Shown: positions 28,241 through 41,800 of the stretch, piece by piece | How the letters are laid out: every line of letters begins with the position of its first letter | Numbering within the stretch: the first letter of the stretch is position 1 | Assembly (NCBI RefSeq): GCF_964355755.1 | Contig: NC_092673.1 | Span: 5,642,001-5,706,000 of the forward strand | Direction of reading: 5' to 3' | Length of the DNA: 64,000 bases | From: Antedon mediterranea | Taxonomy: Eukaryota; Animalia; Echinodermata | Notes under the pieces: generated by a model | Database searches by the model: none | What the model saw: only the letters and a program-made list of their open reading frames with translations | What the model was told of the DNA's origin: nothing | Position numbers and translations under genes: made by a program

Positions 28241-29344
28241 CAGTATAGTGGGTAAGTTGGATCCTACTAAATGTCTAAACAGAAATATTTTTCAATGCTT
28301 CTCTCAAAATCCCCGAGCACTGTCACGTGTGGAACATAGCTATTTATCTTGGTTCGTTTTTTGACGTTCCACGACCCAATCGGCAATTGAAATGTTTAAA
28401 TGCATATTTTATTGTCGCCGTTGCTGAATCGTCTCGTTCTCGACAGGTGTCACATATGATGTACAAAGTATTCTAAAGATTAAATTACTAAACAATGCAT
28501 ATTTCACTGGTACTTCACTTTTGAAGCAATAAAGTTCTGTGACATAACAAGATAAATTAGCACATATGTGTATAATATATTAGTGAACACAAAAGCAATT
28601 AGCTTAAGTGTAACTATAATTGTGTAAGCCGGTAGCCAGGAGGGTTTGTAGGGTTTTCCTAAAGTGTCCAACAGCTGGTAAATAGGTCTAACTTATGACA
28701 CTAATGTTATGGCCAATTTAGCCAGCAGGCAAATTATTTTCATCTACTAGGTAGGCCCATGGAGAAATAAGTTAGGAACTTTTCTCCATGGTAGGCCTAA
28801 ATCTACCTTTTTATGGAAAAAAGATCCCCCTTGCCCTGTAAAAATCCTGGCTACGGGCAGTTTTGCAATTGGACTAACATAATGTAGTGCATTAGCCCAT
28901 TTATTAGTATAAATGATACTAATTGTTAAGTTTATCCTTGTGATATAAGGTATATAATGTGTAAGGTAGATATGTATATGTATATTGAAGATTAAAAAGA
29001 TCACACCACCGATTTGGAATTTATTGTCCCTTTTCTCTTCATTTGCGTATTCTTTATTTCTCAGCACACATTTGATGAACATGTAATCACCCCAGTACAG
29101 TACAAAAGAACTACAAGCCTACACAAGCCTACTGTGGTTTTTTCAGGAAACTCTACAATATGGAATTATGCGCTAATGTTAGATATGATAAAAACTCCTG
29201 TGCTATAGCTCAGGTATTTTCTGATAAATCAAAATAAAGCAAAATAGTGTTGAGATGCACTCTCCCATGCCCAAACCAGCCTAGAAACATATTTTGGCGC
29301 ATATAGTGGCCTATTGCCGAAAGCATCTAGGAAATCTGTCTATT

Positions 29345-30747
29345 TGTGTGATAGGTACCCCTGGGAGTAGATGTGCACCTCCCCATGCCCTTTGTGTGTG
29401 ATAGTTATCCCTGGGAGTAGATGTGCACCTCCCCATGCCCTTTGTGTGTGATAGTTATCCCTGGGAGTAGATGTGCACCTCACCATGCCCATGTGTGTGA
29501 TAGTTATCCCTGGGAGTAGATGTGCACCTCCTCATGCCCATGTGTGTGATAGTTACCCCTTGGAGTAGGTGTGCACCTCTCCATGCCCCACTGTGTGTGA
29601 TAGTCATCCCTGGGAGTAGATGTGAACCTCCCCTATGCCCCTGTGTGTGAAGTATGTGTGTGCTAGTTACCCAAGGGAGTAGATGTGCACCTCCCCTATG
29701 ACCCTGTGTGTGGAGTATGTGTGTGATAGTTACCCTTGGAAGTAGATGTGCACCTCCTCATGCCCCTCCTCCCCATGTGTGTGATAGTTACCCTTGGAAG
29801 TAGATGTGCACCTCCTCATGCCCGCTGTGTGTTATAGTTATCCCTCGGAGTAGATGTGCACCTCCCCATGCCCCAGTGTATGATAGTTACCCCTGCGAGT
29901 AGATGTGCACCTCCCCTATGCCCCTGTGTGTGGAGTATGTGTGAGATAGTTACCCATGGGAGTAGATGTGTACCTCCCCATTCCCCCTGTGTGTGATAGT
30001 TACCCCTTGGAGTAGATGTGCACCTCCCCTATGCCCCTGTGTGGATTATGTGTGTGTGATAGTTACCCCTGGGAGTAGTCATGTACTGTACCTCCCCACG
30101 CCCCCTGTGTGTGATAGTTATCCCTGGGAGTAAATGTGCACTTTCCCTATGACCCTGTGTGTGGAGTATGTGTGTGATAGTTACCCTTGGAGTAGGTGTG
30201 CACCTCCCCGTGCCCAACTGTGTGTGATAGCTATCCCTGGGAGTAGATGTGCACCTCCCTATGCCCCTGTGTGTGGAGTATGTGTGTGATAGTTACCCTT
30301 GGGAGTAGATGTAAACCTTCCTATGCCCCCCTGTGTGTGATAGTTATCCTGGGAGTAAATGTGCACTTTCCCTATGACCCTGTGTGTGGAGTATGTGTGT
30401 GATAGTTACCCTTAGAAGTTGATGTGCACCTCCTCATGTCCCCCCCCCCCCCCCCGTGTGTGTGATAGTTACCCTTGGAAGTAGATGTGCACCTCCACAT
30501 GCCCCCTGTGTGTTATAGTTATCCCTGGGAGTAGATGTGCACCTCCCCATGCCCCAGTGTTTGATAGTTACCCCTTAGAGTAGGTGTGCACCTCCCCATG
30601 CCCTACTGTGTGTGATAGTTATCCCTGAGAGTAGATGTGAACCTCCCCTATGCCCCTGTGTGTGGAGTATGTGTGTGATAGTTACCCATGGGAGTAGATG
30701 TGTACCTCCCCATTCCCCCTGTGTGTGATAGTTACCCCTTGGAGTAG
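29345..30747. repeat. GC-rich minisatellite, copy 2
   Basis: Same array as 23863-25264. Confidence 0.95.
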
Positions 30748-31519
30748 TTGCGCCCCTATATAGTTTTTGATAAATTACTAATAATGTTATGGTATCGATA
30801 GATTGTAAGCCAGCTGAATGGTTAGTTCTTGAGTCTCGTAATGTAACGCTGTAGTATTAGGTTAGGGTTAGAGAATTGATTTGATACATATATATATATA
30901 TATATATATTTAATATTTGTTTTACTCACCATCTTCTTTATTGACCATCATCTTTTCTCATCATTTTCTTAGAGGAATGTTTTTTTTTTGTTTTTGTTTT
31001 TTTTAATGAAAATATAACTTCAAGTCAATGATAACAGCGCGCTTCATTGTTAAGCATTCAGGAAGACCATCATGATAACAGCGCGCTTCATTGTTAAGCA
31101 TTCAGGTAGACCATCATGATAATCAGCGCGCTTCATTGTTAAGCATTCAGGTAGACCATCATGATAACAGCGCGCTTCATTGTTAAGCATTCAGGTAGAC
31201 CATCATGATAACAGCGCGGCGCTTTATCGGAAAATTTTTACTAGAATCGGTAGTATACATTTTTATTTTATTCGATGAGAAGTGTATAATAATTACGCGA
31301 TGTTATTTCTTACAGTAAACATACTATCTGTACATAATCATTATAAAGTGCGCGTTTATCAATGGTATTCTTGCATGTGTAATGATTAAAACAGAGAACG
31401 AGACGGCTAAATTTCATTCGTTTTATTGGCAACACACACGCACAAAAAATGTATACAATGTAATTTATATAAGACCATAAACATAATATGAATGCACGGA
31501 GGTATGGTATGAAATCATT

Positions 31520-34500
31520 TCATAACGTTTGTTTTGAGCACGTACACGGTGAAAGTTTCTTTTCACCAGTCTTCTAAACCAATGGTCTGAATGCGTGCAG
31601 TTTGTCCTCTTCTATAATTGCATCTTCTACCAGTCTTATATGGCGTAAATAAGTGTCCACGCCGTGTCCAAATCGTTCTCTCAGTTTAATCTCCGTACCA
31701 TCGGACAACATTCTAATCCACGCTTTTCGTCGTTGAACGTGCGACGGTTCGGCTTCAAGAAATTGCGGTTCTTCTAACTTGAATCTTAATCTATCACGAT
31801 CTACTACCTCAGTTGTTGGATTTCGAAGCGTTTGTGTCAGATACGGATTTTTACACTTGTGTAGGCCTACCGTTAGACTACCGCCGTTCTTTTCGGCCAA
31901 TTGCTGAATGTCTAACGTCTGAAACACATCTCTTGTACTACGATCCACGTACATGATGGTTTTACGTTCATTCATATTTTTAAACACGCACTTTTCCAAT
32001 ACACTCTTGATCATCGATTCGTCGGCTTTCACTTTGTAATGCTTACACGCGTCTTCCAATGAATTCAACGTCAACAGATTTACGTGAAAGAATACGTTCG
32101 GTGGTGGTGTTTCCGAGATGATCGAAGAAGAATTTATCAAGTGTCTCAAGTCGTTTGTTAGCAAATTCACACCGTTTCTCAGCTCATCCGCTTCGAACTT
32201 GTCATTTACCAGAACGCGTATTCGATTACCTCGGCACGCGTTTTTATCTTTGAGCACAACCTTTGTGCACAATTCGAGTATTTTTTTCAAGCGCCTATGT
32301 TGTGGCAAAAAGGCGCTAACGTGTACCATAAAGGCTCGAGCGTTCGACGTTTCCAATACCAATCTGCACGTGTGATCGTTGTTCATCACCGGCGGTGGCA
32401 TCGGTAGTCTATCTCTGCTACCGTCATATGATCTGCATTTCAACACCCTTAAACTGTCGGCAATCTCTTTCACGTCAACACCGACCGCAATTGATCCGTT
32501 TTCGTCGCAGTCTCCAGTCACACACGATTGGATTGCGAGTTTCCTAACGTACGCCAGTCGGGTCTCGTGAAAATCTAAATTTATTTTTATCCAGTATCTT
32601 TCTTCGTTGGTAAACTTTTTCGGCACCGATCCTAGATAATTGATGCTGGATTTGGGATCTTGAGAGTTTGACTGGCCCCTGTACGTAGGCCTACCGTATG
32701 TCGAGCGAAGACGGGCAAATGAGACAAGAAGCGTGCGGCTTGTGTAAGTTTTCCATTGAGCATAACGTAAATGTAATGTTTTCCCCTGTACTGTTTTGCA
32801 TTGCACATTCCTGCCATCATCACGTCCGATATTTCACGGTACTCGTTCGCATGTGACGAAAGATGAGCTTCCGTTGCCTCGCTACATTTGAACAGAAGCT
32901 GTTTTTGTCCGTTATCGTCCACTTTTCGAAACATCTTAATACTCCGTCCACCGTGCATGGCCAACAATATTGTTACATTGTTTGCGAGCAACACCCGTTT
33001 TGCGCGCTCTAAAATGGACAGAAGCGCCTCGGACATTACCATGTCGTGTAGTCGCTTCATGTCCTGTTGCATCAGCCACCGTTGATGTTTGGCTATGATT
33101 CTTGAATTGAGACAACAAGTGTTCTCGTTCGGTAATCGAGGTGTATTGGCGTGCAGAATTTGTAACGGACAGCCGTTCACTTGAATCACTGCATTGTGAA
33201 AGGCGCACAAACGTGCCAGGTCGATGAGTTTATTGATGGTTCTAGTTTCTGTGGCGAATCCGAATCGGACTCCTTGCCTTTCCATTTCGACAGATATTCT
33301 ATCGCAAGTCAACAGTAGCATACGATCGTCTTTGTACGAATCACCTTCCGATCGACGTGGATACAGACCGCACTCTGCCAACCGTACATGTTCCATTACT
33401 TTGTGGCGCAGAGCGCCGAATTGCGTTCGAATTTTTAAACGATCCAATTCCTTCTCGTATCCCTCCACTTTCTTGGGCACGTTGACAATCAACACCACTG
33501 GGTGCCACGTCAAAGGTGACAACTCGTTCGTTTAACGAGTTACACAAGTTTTTTTCGTTCATGGCCATTATGGTGGCATTATCGCAAACGTTGATTACGG
33601 TTCGAACACCGTGTCGAGTGGTTCCCGTGTTCGGATCCGTTACCTTCTCGGTTCGTTCGGTGCGCGTACAGCCGGAATCGAGTTCCTCTTTCATTATTGC
33701 CGCTTCTTGACTGCTTTCAATTGATAACGGATTCTTATCGCTTTTAGATCCAGACGACGGTGGCACAAATTCGTTCATGAAGCGTATTTTTTTTTAAATT
33801 GTTGTACTTTCGCTCATTGTCGACGAGCACGGCTTTCTGTGTTCGGTAAGTAACGTCGTCTGAGTAAGCGTTACCGATTACAGATTTAGCGGCTACCATC
33901 ACAGACGTTTTACCCGTAGCCTACCGGGAGGTCCTACCAGAATGGCGTTCATGGCCATCGCATCGTGTGGGCACACGATACGTATAGCCGACAGTAAAAT
34001 GTACAAAAGTTCACCTTTAGCGTTAGACACACCGGCTACATTACCTATCAGAGCCACCATGTTCAAAAGATATCGATAACCTATCGATATTTTCACGTCA
34101 GCTTCCTCTTCGTATACGAATGGAACAAAACTGCCGTCACTGTGTCAAGACGCGTTCATACACCAACCCTTCATCTCGGTATCCTACATATCGGCATACG
34201 ATTGCGTTATTACTTCGCTCATCTGCACGTGTTTTCCCATATGCACTTGCGTGTACATGTCGAAGAAAATTTTGGCGACAGTCTTGTCACGGTATCTTTC
34301 TGGAGTCTATTGCAAGTTGTGAAAATTCTTTCTCATCATCACTATGCCCGGATTCTTTGCCGTGTATTTTTCACCGTATAAATGCCTAAAATATAAAAAA
34401 AAACAATTATAAATCAAAAGTAAAACACGCACACTAGAATTTGTGTTGTGATGATGATGATGATGATGATAAAATACGTACCTCGAGTCTATGGTCACTT

Positions 34501-34610
34501 CGTTCTGATTCTGGTTGGTTACATACAGTTTTCCGATTGCCGAAATTTTGTCTTCGTCCAATTGCGCTGCATCATCGCGCATAGCGTGAACAAACAAATT
34601 TGTATTACTT
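31520..34610 (-). pseudogene. Virus-like AAA+ (MCM-like) helicase pseudogene, copy 2
   Basis: ORF fragments 34307-34597, 33899-34096, 33341-33778, 32632-33522 and 31574-32806 join through frameshifts and stops. Walker A AILVGPPGTGKTS (33906-33934, after removing a 5-nt insert), Walker B-like KIRFMNE, sensor-1-like TIMAMN, Arg-finger-like SLNER. GT-AG intron 34386-34481. Confidence 0.75.
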
Positions 34611-35593
34611 TGACTTTGACCGCTGTCCGGAGACCAAGAAGAACTAGAGGTAAAGTTTCACTCCACTTCTGAGGATCATCTCCGGACAGCGGTCAAAGTT
34701 GATTTAGGCTGTTCTTCATCGGAACTGGTGTATGGAGCAACCCTGAAACTTCCAGGGCAGTTTGTCGCGCCTACTGATATCGCCTCACATGAACCTGCGA
34801 ATTACGTACATAGATTGCAAAGACACATGCAGAATATTCGACCAGTGCCAACACGAGCGAATCAACGCACCGCACAAATCCACGACGATTTGCGTGAATG
34901 TACTCACGTGTTTGTTCGTTGCGATAGCGTAAAGAAACCTCTTCAGTCTCCTTACAATGGGCCATTTAAAGTTTTAAACAGAACTGACAAATACTTTGTT
35001 TTGAGCATCGCAGATAAACATGAAACTGTTAGTTTGGACAGACTAAAAGTCGCCTATGTAAATAATGATAAAGCTATTAACAACTTTCCAGAATCGTCAA
35101 GGCAACCGGAAGCAGTGCTTTCCTCAACCGCAAGTACTATTCCAGTCGCACCTCCGCCACGGCAAACGCGTAGCGGACGACATGTACACTGCCCACGTAA
35201 GCTTGCAGATTATGATTGCGGTTGAAGAAATTCTGTTATTTTATTGTGCTGGAAGTTTTATACTAGAAACATTTTTTTTTATTCATCGCTCGCTAACATT
35301 TCATTTGCGATCTAGAGGGGAGCTGATGTAGAGGCAATTTGCACATGTGTTAGCAGGTGTAACGAACGGCATGCAAACCTTTTTATTCTTTGTCTCTCTC
35401 TCAACTACCGACCGTCGAACAAGCAGGACGTATTTGTTTTACTTACCGTTGTTTGTTAACTCAAGGAACTTTGCGTATCCTGTACATGTACAGAAGAAAC
35501 TATATTATTGGAATATATTATGTGTATATAATTACGGAGCCAAGTATAAGAAGTTACTAATGATATTTGGACCCAATGCATGCTCTCACAACA
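34611..35593 (+). mobile_element. Gypsy 3' fragment (integrase C-terminus, PPT, LTR 35327-35593), copy 2
   Basis: [27 protein letters not shown]; preceded by an inverted integrase piece DDPQKWSETLPLVLLGLRTAVK. Confidence 0.85.
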
Positions 35594-36698
35594 CAGTATA
35601 GTGGGTAAGTTGGATCCTACTAAATGTCTAAACAGAAATATTTTTCAATGCTTCTCTCAAAATCCCCGAGCACTGTCACGTGTGGAACATAGCTATTTAT
35701 CTTGGTTCGTTTTTTGACGTTCCACGACCCAATCGGCAATTGAAATGTTTAAATGCATATTTTATTGTCGCCGTTGCTGAATCGTCTCGTTCTCGACAGG
35801 TGTCACATATGATGTACAAAGTATTCTAAAGATTAAATTACTAAACAATGCATATTTCACTGGTACTTCACTTTTGAAGCAATAAAGTTCTGTGACATAA
35901 CAAGATAAATTAGCACATTATGTGTATAATATATTAGTGAACACAAAAGCAATTAGCTTAAGTGTAACTATAATTGTGTAAGCCGGTAGCCAGGAGGGTT
36001 TGTAGGGTTTTCCTAAAGTGTCCAACAGCTGGTAAATAGGTCTAACTTATGACACTAATGTTATGGCCAATTTAGCCAGCAGGCAAATTATTTTCATCTA
36101 CTAGGTAGGCCCATGGAGAAATAAGTTAGGAACTTTTCTCCATGGTAGGCCTAAATCTACCTTTTTATGGAAAAAAGATCCCCCTTGCCCTGTAAAAATC
36201 CTGGCTACGGGCAGTTTTGCAATTGGACTAACATAATGTAGTGCATTAGCCCATTTATTAGTATAAATGATACTAATTGTTAAGTTTATCCTTGTGATAT
36301 AAGGTATATAATGTGTAAGGTAGATATGTATATGTATATTGAAGATTAAAAAGATCACACCACCGATTTGGAATTTATTGTCCCTTTTCTCTTCATTTGC
36401 GTATTCTTTATTTCTCAGCACACATTTGATGAACATGTAATCACCCCAGTACAGTACAAAAGAACTACAAGCCTACACAAGCCTACTGTGGTTTTTTCAG
36501 GAAACTCTACAATATGGAATTATGCGCTAATGTTAGATATGATAAAAACTCCTGTGCTATAGCTCAGGTATTTTCTGATAAATCAAAATAAAGCAAAATA
36601 GTGTTGAGATGCACTCTCCCATGCCCAAACCAGCCTAGAAACATATTTTGGCGCATATAGTGGCCTATTGCCGAAAGCATCTAGGAAATCTGTCTATT

Positions 36699-38097
36699 TG
36701 TGTGATAGGTACCCCTGGGAGTAGATGTGCACCTCCCCATGCCCTTTGTGTGTGATAGTTATCCCTGGGAGTAGATGTGCACCTCCCCATGCCCTTTGTG
36801 TGTGATAGTTATCCCTGGGAGTAGATGTGCACCTCACCATGCCCATGTGTGTGATAGTTATCCCTGGGAGTAGATGTGCACCTCCTCATGCCCATGTGTG
36901 TGATAGTTACCCCTTGGAGTAGGTGTGCACCTCTCCATGCCCCACTGTGTGTGATAGTCATCCCTGGGAGTAGATGTGAACCTCCCCTATGCCCCTGTGT
37001 GTGAAGTATGTGTGTGCTAGTTACCCAAGGGAGTAGATGTGCACCTCCCCTATGACCCTGTGTGTGGAGTATGTGTGTGATAGTTACCCTTGGAAGTAGA
37101 TGTGCACCTCCTCATGCCCCTCCTCCCCATGTGTGTGATAGTTACCCTTGGAAGTAGATGTGCACCTCCTCATGCCCGCTGTGTGTTATAGTTATCCCTC
37201 GGAGTAGATGTGCACCTCCCCATGCCCCAGTGTATGATAGTTACCCCTGCGAGTAGATGTGCACCTCCCCTATGCCCCTGTGTGTGGAGTATGTGTGAGA
37301 TAGTTACCCATGGGAGTAGATGTGTACCTCCCCATTCCCCCTGTGTGTGATAGTTACCCCTTGGAGTAGATGTGCACCTCCCCTATGCCCCTGTGTGGAT
37401 TATGTGTGTGTGATAGTTACCCCTGGGAGTAGTCATGTACTGTACCTCCCCACGCCCCCTGTGTGTGATAGTTATCCCTGGGAGTAAATGTGCACTTTCC
37501 CTATGACCCTGTGTGTGGAGTATGTGTGTGATAGTTACCCTTGGAGTAGGTGTGCACCTCCCCGTGCCCAACTGTGTGTGATAGCTATCCCTGGGAGTAG
37601 ATGTGCACCTCCCTATGCCCCTGTGTGTGGAGTATGTGTGTGATAGTTACCCTTGGGAGTAGATGTAAACCTTCCTATGCCCCCCTGTGTGTGATAGTTA
37701 TCCTGGGAGTAAATGTGCACTTTCCCTATGACCCTGTGTGTGGAGTATGTGTGTGATAGTTACCCTTAGAAGTTGATGTGCACCTCCTCATGTCCCCCCC
37801 CCCCCGTGTGTGTGATAGTTACCCTTGGAAGTAGATGTGCACCTCCACATGCCCCCTGTGTGTTATAGTTATCCCTGGGAGTAGATGTGCACCTCCCCAT
37901 GCCCCAGTGTTTGATAGTTACCCCTTAGAGTAGGTGTGCACCTCCCCATGCCCTACTGTGTGTGATAGTTATCCCTGAGAGTAGATGTGAACCTCCCCTA
38001 TGCCCCTGTGTGTGGAGTATGTGTGTGATAGTTACCCATGGGAGTAGATGTGTACCTCCCCATTCCCCCTGTGTGTGATAGTTACCCCTTGGAGTAG
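36699..38097. repeat. GC-rich minisatellite, copy 3
   Basis: Same array as 23863-25264. Confidence 0.95.
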
Positions 38098-38867
38098 TTG
38101 CGCCCCTATATAGTTTTTGATAAATTACTAATAATGTTATGGTATCGATAGATTGTAAGCCAGCTGAATGGTTAGTTCTTGAGTCTCGTAATGTAACGCT
38201 GTAGTATTAGGTTAGGGTTAGAGAATTGATTTGATACATATATATATATATATATATTTAATATTTGTTTTACTCACCATCTTCTTTATTGACCATCATC
38301 TTTTCTCATCATTTTCTTAGAGGAATGTTTTTTTTTTTTTTTTGTTTTTTTTAATGAAAATATAACTTCAAGTCAATGATAACAGCGCGCTTCATTGTTA
38401 AGCATTCAGGAAGACCATCATGATAACAGCGCGCTTCATTGTTAAGCATTCAGGTAGACCATCATGATAATCAGCGCGCTTCATTGTTAAGCATTCAGGT
38501 AGACCATCATGATAACAGCGCGCTTCATTGTTAAGCATTCAGGTAGACCATCATGATAACAGCGCGGCGCTTTATCGGAAAATTTTTACTAGAATCGGTA
38601 GTATACATTTTTATTTTATTCGATGAGAAGTGTATAATAATTACGCGATGTTATTTCTTACAGTAAACATACTATCTGTACATAATCATTATAAAGTGCG
38701 CGTTTATCAATGGTATTCTTGCATGTGTAATGATTAAAACAGAGAACGAGACGGCTAAATTTCATTCGTTTTATTGGCAACACACACGCACAAAAAATGT
38801 ATACAATGTAATTTATATAAGACCATAAACATAATATGAATGCACGGAGGTATGGTATGAAATCATT

Positions 38868-41800
38868 TCATAACGTTTGTTTTGAGCACGTACACGGTGA
38901 AAGTTTCTTTTCACCAGTCTTCTAAACCAATGGTCTGAATGCGTGCAGTTTGTCCTCTTCTATAATTGCATCTTCTACCAGTCTTATATGGCGTAAATAA
39001 GTGTCCACGCCGTGTCCAAATCGTTCTCTCAGTTTAATCTCCGTACCATCGGACAACATTCTAATCCACGCTTTTCGTCGTTGAACGTGCGACGGTTCGG
39101 CTTCAAGAAATTGCGGTTCTTCTAACTTGAATCTTAATCTATCACGATCTACTACCTCAGTTGTTGGATTTCGAAGCGTTTGTGTCAGATACGGATTTTT
39201 ACACTTGTGTAGGCCTACCGTTAGACTACCGCCGTTCTTTTCGGCCAATTGCTGAATGTCTAACGTCTGAAACACATCTCTTGTACTACGATCCACGTAC
39301 ATGATGGTTTTACGTTCATTCATATTTTTAAACACGCACTTTTCCAATACACTCTTGATCATCGATTCGTCGGCTTTCACTTTGTAATGCTTACACGCGT
39401 CTTCCAATGAATTCAACGTCAACAGATTTACGTGAAAGAATACGTTCGGTGGTGGTGTTTCCGAGATGATCGAAGAAGAATTTATCAAGTGTCTCAAGTC
39501 GTTTGTTAGCAAATTCACACCGTTTCTCAGCTCATCCGCTTCGAACTTGTCATTTACCAGAACGCGTATTCGATTACCTCGGCACGCGTTTTTATCTTTG
39601 AGCACAACCTTTGTGCACAATTCGAGTATTTTTTTCAAGCGCCTATGTTGTGGCAAAAAGGCGCTAACGTGTACCATAAAGGCTCGAGCGTTCGACGTTT
39701 CCAATACCAATCTGCACGTGTGATCGTTGTTCATCACCGGCGGTGGCATCGGTAGTCTATCTCTGCTACCGTCATATGATCTGCATTTCAACACCCTTAA
39801 ACTGTCGGCAATCTCTTTCACGTCAACACCGACCGCAATTGATCCGTTTTCGTCGCAGTCTCCAGTCACACACGATTGGATTGCGAGTTTCCTAACGTAC
39901 GCCAGTCGGGTCTCGTGAAAATCTAAATTTATTTTTATCCAGTATCTTTCTTCGTTGGTAAACTTTTTCGGCACCGATCCTAGATAATTGATGCTGGATT
40001 TGGGATCTTGAGAGTTTGACTGGCCCCTGTACGTAGGCCTACCGTATGTCGAGCGAAGACGGGCAAATGAGACAAGAAGCGTGCGGCTTGTGTAAGTTTT
40101 CCATTGAGCATAACGTAAATGTAATGTTTTCCCCTGTACTGTTTTGCATTGCACATTCCTGCCATCATCACGTCCGATATTTCACGGTACTCGTTCGCAT
40201 GTGACGAAAGATGAGCTTCCGTTGCCTCGCTACATTTGAACAGAAGCTGTTTTTGTCCGTTATCGTCCACTTTTCGAAACATCTTAATACTCCGTCCACC
40301 GTGCATGGCCAACAATATTGTTACATTGTTTGCGAGCAACACCCGTTTTGCGCGCTCTAAAATGGACAGAAGCGCCTCGGACATTACCATGTCGTGTAGT
40401 CGCTTCATGTCCTGTTGCATCAGCCACCGTTGATGTTTGGCTATGATTCTTGAATTGAGACAACAAGTGTTCTCGTTCGGTAATCGAGGTGTATTGGCGT
40501 GCAGAATTTGTAACGGACAGCCGTTCACTTGAATCACTGCATTGTGAAAGGCGCACAAACGTGCCAGGTCGATGAGTTTATTGATGGTTCTAGTTTCTGT
40601 GGCGAATCCGAATCGGACTCCTTGCCTTTCCATTTCGACAGATATTCTATCGCAAGTCAACAGTAGCATACGATCGTCTTTGTACGAATCACCTTCCGAT
40701 CGACGTGGATACAGACCGCACTCTGCCAACCGTACATGTTCCATTACTTTGTGGCGCAGAGCGCCGAATTGCGTTCGAATTTTTAAACGATCCAATTCCT
40801 TCTCGTATCCCTCCACTTTCTTGGGCACGTTGACAATCAACACCACTGGGTGCCACGTCAAAGGTGACAACTCGTTCGTTTAACGAGTTACACAAGTTTT
40901 TTTCGTTCATGGCCATTATGGTGGCATTATCGCAAACGTTGATTACGGTTCGAACACCGTGTCGAGTGGTTCCCGTGTTCGGATCCGTTACCTTCTCGGT
41001 TCGTTCGGTGCGCGTACAGCCGGAATCGAGTTCCTCTTTCATTATTGCCGCTTCTTGACTGCTTTCAATTGATAACGGATTCTTATCGCTTTTAGATCCA
41101 GACGACGGTGGCACAAATTCGTTCATGAAGCGTATTTTTTTTTAAATTGTTGTACTTTCGCTCATTGTCGACGAGCACGGCTTTCTGTGTTCGGTAAGTA
41201 ACGTCGTCTGAGTAAGCGTTACCGATTACAGATTTAGCGGCTACCATCACAGACGTTTTACCCGTAGCCTACCGGGAGGTCCTACCAGAATGGCGTGCAT
41301 GGCCATCGCATCGTGTGGGCACACGATACGTATAGCCGACAGTAAAATGTACAAAAGTTCACCTTTAGCGTTAGACACACCGGCTACATTACCTATCAGA
41401 GCCACCATGTTCAAAAGATATCGATAACCTATCGATATTTTCACGTCAGCTTCCTCTTCGTATACGAATGGAACAAAACTGCCGTCACTGTGTCAAGACG
41501 CGTTCATACACCAACCCTTCATCTCGGTATCCTACATATCGGCATACGATTGCGTTATTACTTCGCTCATCTGCACGTGTTTTCCCATATGCACTTGCGT
41601 GTACATGTCGAAGAAAATTTTGGCGACAGTCTTGTCACGGTATCTTTCTGGAGTCTATTGCAAGTTGTGAAAATTCTTTCTCATCATCACTATGCCCGGA
41701 TTCTTTGCCGTGTATTTTTCACCGTATAAATGCCTAAAATATAAAAAAAAAACAATTATAAATCAAAAGTAAAACACGCACACTAGAATTTGTGTTGTGA

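Noticed and set aside
32632-33778. Programmed ribosomal frameshifting or genuinely overlapping genes
   Set aside because: The shifts coincide with TA-footprint inserts or a homopolymer, and in-frame stops also occur, so pseudogenisation is simpler.
34448-34672. Poly-Met / poly-His ORFs
   Set aside because: Products of an (ATG)n microsatellite inside the predicted intron.
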